Below, piece by piece: positions 61,842 to 64,000 of a stretch of DNA of 64,000 bases (position 1 is its first letter; each line of letters opens with the position of its first letter). The DNA comes from Patescibacteria group bacterium (GTDB taxonomy: Bacteria > Patescibacteriota > Patescibacteriia > Patescibacteriales > JBAZCA01): positions 68,861-132,860 of the forward strand of contig JBAZUF010000004.1 in the NCBI GenBank assembly GCA_041661505.1. Direction: 5' to 3'. The position numbers and the translations under genes are program-made. Below the pieces are notes generated by a model. It did no database searches, was not told where the DNA came from, and saw only the letters and a list, made by a program, of their open reading frames with translations.

Positions 61842-63026
61842 ATGAAAATAGCATTTATCGGACAAAAAGGGATGCCAGCCAAAGGCGGAGGCGTGGAAAA
61901 GCATGTTGAGGAGCTTTCCATCCGCCTGGTTAAGCGCGGCCATGAAGCAATTGTTTATACCCGGACAAACTATACTGAAAGGAAACTAGGCGCTTATAAA
62001 GGCGTTAAACTGGTTAGCCTGCCGAATATCAAAACCAAAAGCCTGGACGCTATTACCCATACATTTATGGCCTGCCTGGACGTAATTTTTAGAAAGGATA
62101 TCGATATCGTCCATTTTCATTCAATCGGCCCCTCTTCCTTGATCTGGCTAATAAAAATTTTTAAGCCAGGCACTCCGATTGTCGCTACTTTCCACAGCCA
62201 ATGCTATCTCCATAAGAAATGGGGATTGTTTGCCCGGCTGTATCTGAAATTCGGCGAGTATTCCTGCTGCAAATTTGCCGATAAAGTAATCGCCATTTCC
62301 GAATCATTAAAGAAAAGGACAGCGGAAGAATATAATGTCTTAAGCGAATATATCCCCAACGCGGTAATGATGAGGAAGAAAAAACTGCCGAAGATAATTA
62401 AAGCCAAGTGGGGGTTAGATAAGGATGGGTATATTTTGTCAGTCTCGCGCCTGGTCCCGGTTAAGGGCATACATTATATTATTGGCGCTTATAATGAATT
62501 AAAAACCAATAAAAAGCTGGTGATCGCCGGCGATGGAGCTTTTAACGGAGAATATATAGGGGAGCTTGAAAGAAAGTCCGGCGGCAATGAAAAAATAATT
62601 TTCACCGGCAACCTTTCCGGCAGAGAGCTGGATGAGCTTTATTCCAACGCCTGCTTATTTGTCCAGGCTTCCGAAGTTGAGGGCTTATCAATCGCCTTAT
62701 TAGAGGCAATGTCTTTTGATCTGCCGGTTCTGGTTAGCGATATTAGGGGAAATTTGGACGCTTTAGGCGGTAGAGGACTGACTTTTATAAATAAAAATAC
62801 CGATGACTTAAAGGAAAAGATAAAGTTTGCTTTAGCCAATCCAAAAGTAATCCATAAGCTGGCCAAGGAGGCAAAAAAGCGGGTGGTAAAGCATTATGAT
62901 TGGGAAGAAAATATTGAAGATGTAATAAGCGTTTACCATGAAGCTATGAGTTTAAAGCAGAAATCGTTTTTTAATAGTTTTTTTGTTTTTAAGGCAATCA
63001 AAAAAGTCGCTTTTAGGTGGAAATAA
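61842..63026 (+). CDS. Glycosyltransferase family 4 (DUF1972-like N-terminus)
   Basis: MKIAFIGQKGMPAKGGGVEKHVEELSIRL, and the C-terminal region VQASEVEGLSIALLEAMSFDLPVLVSDIRGN. Confidence 0.88.
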   Translation: MKIAFIGQKGMPAKGGGVEKHVEELSIRLVKRGHEAIVYTRTNYTERKLGAYKGVKLVSLPNIKTKSLDAITHTFMACLDVIFRKDIDIVHFHSIGPSSLIWLIKIFKPGTPIVATFHSQCYLHKKWGLFARLYLKFGEYSCCKFADKVIAISESLKKRTAEEYNVLSEYIPNAVMMRKKKLPKIIKAKWGLDKDGYILSVSRLVPVKGIHYIIGAYNELKTNKKLVIAGDGAFNGEYIGELERKSGGNEKIIFTGNLSGRELDELYSNACLFVQASEVEGLSIALLEAMSFDLPVLVSDIRGNLDALGGRGLTFINKNTDDLKEKIKFALANPKVIHKLAKEAKKRVVKHYDWEENIEDVISVYHEAMSLKQKSFFNSFFVFKAIKKVAFRWK

Positions 63027-63216
63027 TCAGTTCAATAGTTTTATATATTTTTTTTCGTTGGAGGGTTGAATTGTTTGTCAGCTCTTTTTATTTTTCAAGC
63101 GCCAGCCCGCCTTTGCAGACGGTTGCGTTTGGAATCAAGGATATTTGTCGTATGAATCGGTTTTCTCGTCGAGTTCAGATTTTGCCGTAAACCATGAAAT
63201 GAAGGAAAGGAAAAAA

Positions 63217-64000
63217 ATGAAGAAGATTCTGGCAGTTTTTTTATCCCTGGGATTCCTGGCGTTTGCATCAGAAGCGCTGGGTTATAACGAGTGGCCATTA
63301 AACGGAACCGCCGCGGGAACAGGCAGTTTCGGTTTTTCGAGTATCGCGGCGTCGGCTAACGCTTACGCCACGGGGTTTGGGCGGGACAGCGTCGAGAGCT
63401 ACGCTTCCGGCGATCGCTTCAGCCTGACCCTTACCTGGGTGTCGGGCACTGCCTCCGCGAATATCGCGGTCGAGGCGATGTTGTACAAAAACGCCTCGCC
63501 TTGGACGATAAGCGCCAGGCAAAGCGCAGTGCTTGCCGCCGGCAAGAGCGTCACGATCGTATTGTCGTGCACTGCTACCGAAGCCAGCGGAGCCCTGGGT
63601 GTTGCGTTAGGGTACGCGAGTAACGCTGGAAAGAGCGTTACTTTGAAGTATACCCTGACAAAGCTACCAAAGCTGACCGTCGTTTATCCCAATAAGGCGG
63701 TGAGCTTGTCGGCTGGCTCCCCAATTGAAATTAAATGGGAGAAGGGACCGACAATCTCGTCGGTCTATATTGATCTCTATGAAGGGGGAACCTTTAAGGG
63801 CCGGATTACTTCGTCGGCCACGGGGACCAGCTATTTCTGGACCCCGGGAAGTAAATTTCCCACCGGTAGCTACCAATTGAGAATTACCGGAGGCGGGGTT
63901 TATGATTTTAGCGACAAGCCATTCACCCTGGCTGGCGACGTAAAAATCGCCATCGAAACTCCTGTGGCGGGGACGAAAGTTACAAAGGGCACAAGCGCTT
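63217..64000 (+). CDS. Secreted protein, 3' end outside window (not in ORF track); contains a Kre9/KNH-like Ser/Thr-rich beta-sandwich-type segment
   Basis: ATG 63217 follows GGAAAGGAAAAAA. The signal peptide is MKKILAVFLSLGFLAFASEA and the frame stays open to the window end (261 codons). It includes the segment VVYPNKAVSLSAGSPIEIKWEKGPTISSVYIDLYEGGTFKGRITSSATGTSYFWTPGSKFPTGSYQLRI. The minus-strand track ORFs in this region are antisense artefacts. Confidence 0.7.
   Translation, partial: MKKILAVFLSLGFLAFASEALGYNEWPLNGTAAGTGSFGFSSIAASANAYATGFGRDSVESYASGDRFSLTLTWVSGTASANIAVEAMLYKNASPWTISARQSAVLAAGKSVTIVLSCTATEASGALGVALGYASNAGKSVTLKYTLTKLPKLTVVYPNKAVSLSAGSPIEIKWEKGPTISSVYIDLYEGGTFKGRITSSATGTSYFWTPGSKFPTGSYQLRITGGGVYDFSDKPFTLAGDVKIAIETPVAGTKVTKGTSA

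Noticed and set aside
63095-63876. Three minus-strand track ORFs (67, 74, 70 aa)
   Set aside because: They are antisense to a continuous + strand ORF that has an RBS and a signal peptide (63217 to the window end). Their Arg/Gly/Pro-rich translations are typical of antisense frames in GC-rich genes.

Overview
This 64 kb window comes from a compact bacterial genome that uses the standard genetic code (TAA, TAG and TGA all end long ORFs). The gene content suggests a Patescibacteria/CPR-type organism: DUF4012, an LCP protein, a truncated Rel, an isolated rplJ-rplL pair, many secreted or membrane hypotheticals, and GT4-rich envelope loci. That taxonomic call is inference only. I ran no database search, so all family names rest on motifs I recognise in the translations.

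Layout:
- 1-15 kb: housekeeping genes (pheS', pheT, topA, dprA, pth, der, LCP, lepB, hisS, rpsU, rel).
- 16-24.5 kb: an accessory mosaic between tRNA-Thr and tRNA-Tyr/fpg. It holds small membrane and lipoproteins, DUF2207, an aminotransferase with an untracked 47-aa HTH-like ORF, a four-module helical secreted protein, and an NMO-like oxidoreductase.
- 24.5-34 kb: fpg, a large polytopic membrane/TPR protein, and an orphan receiver coupled to a MacA/LolD/2x FtsX efflux operon with tRNA-Arg embedded between the two permease genes.
- 34-40 kb: DUF4012-mreB-GT4, then rplJ-rplL.
- 40-64 kb: envelope locus with a Wzz-like protein, a 1496-aa charged giant protein, a GC-rich three-gene secreted/membrane island, and a tightly coupled operon (O-antigen-ligase-like, GT4, three radical SAM genes, GT4, secreted propeller-like protein, GT4).

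Observations most worth a second look:
- Intact tRNA genes flanked by tRNA-derived pseudo-copies whose stems are replaced by GC-rich hairpins.
- A palindrome, CCCCGCA-N-TGCGGGG, that recurs five times and only in intergenic DNA.
- A tandem modular hairpin leader upstream of DUF4012-mreB.
- Three consecutive radical SAM genes (two with SPASM/twitch-like cysteine motifs) inside the glycan operon.
- The compositionally foreign island at 49-53.5 kb, which includes a beta-rich, barrel-like secreted protein.
- An unusually long (699 aa) membrane-fusion protein translationally coupled to an orphan receiver.

I found no CRISPR array, integrase, transposase or recognisable defence genes.
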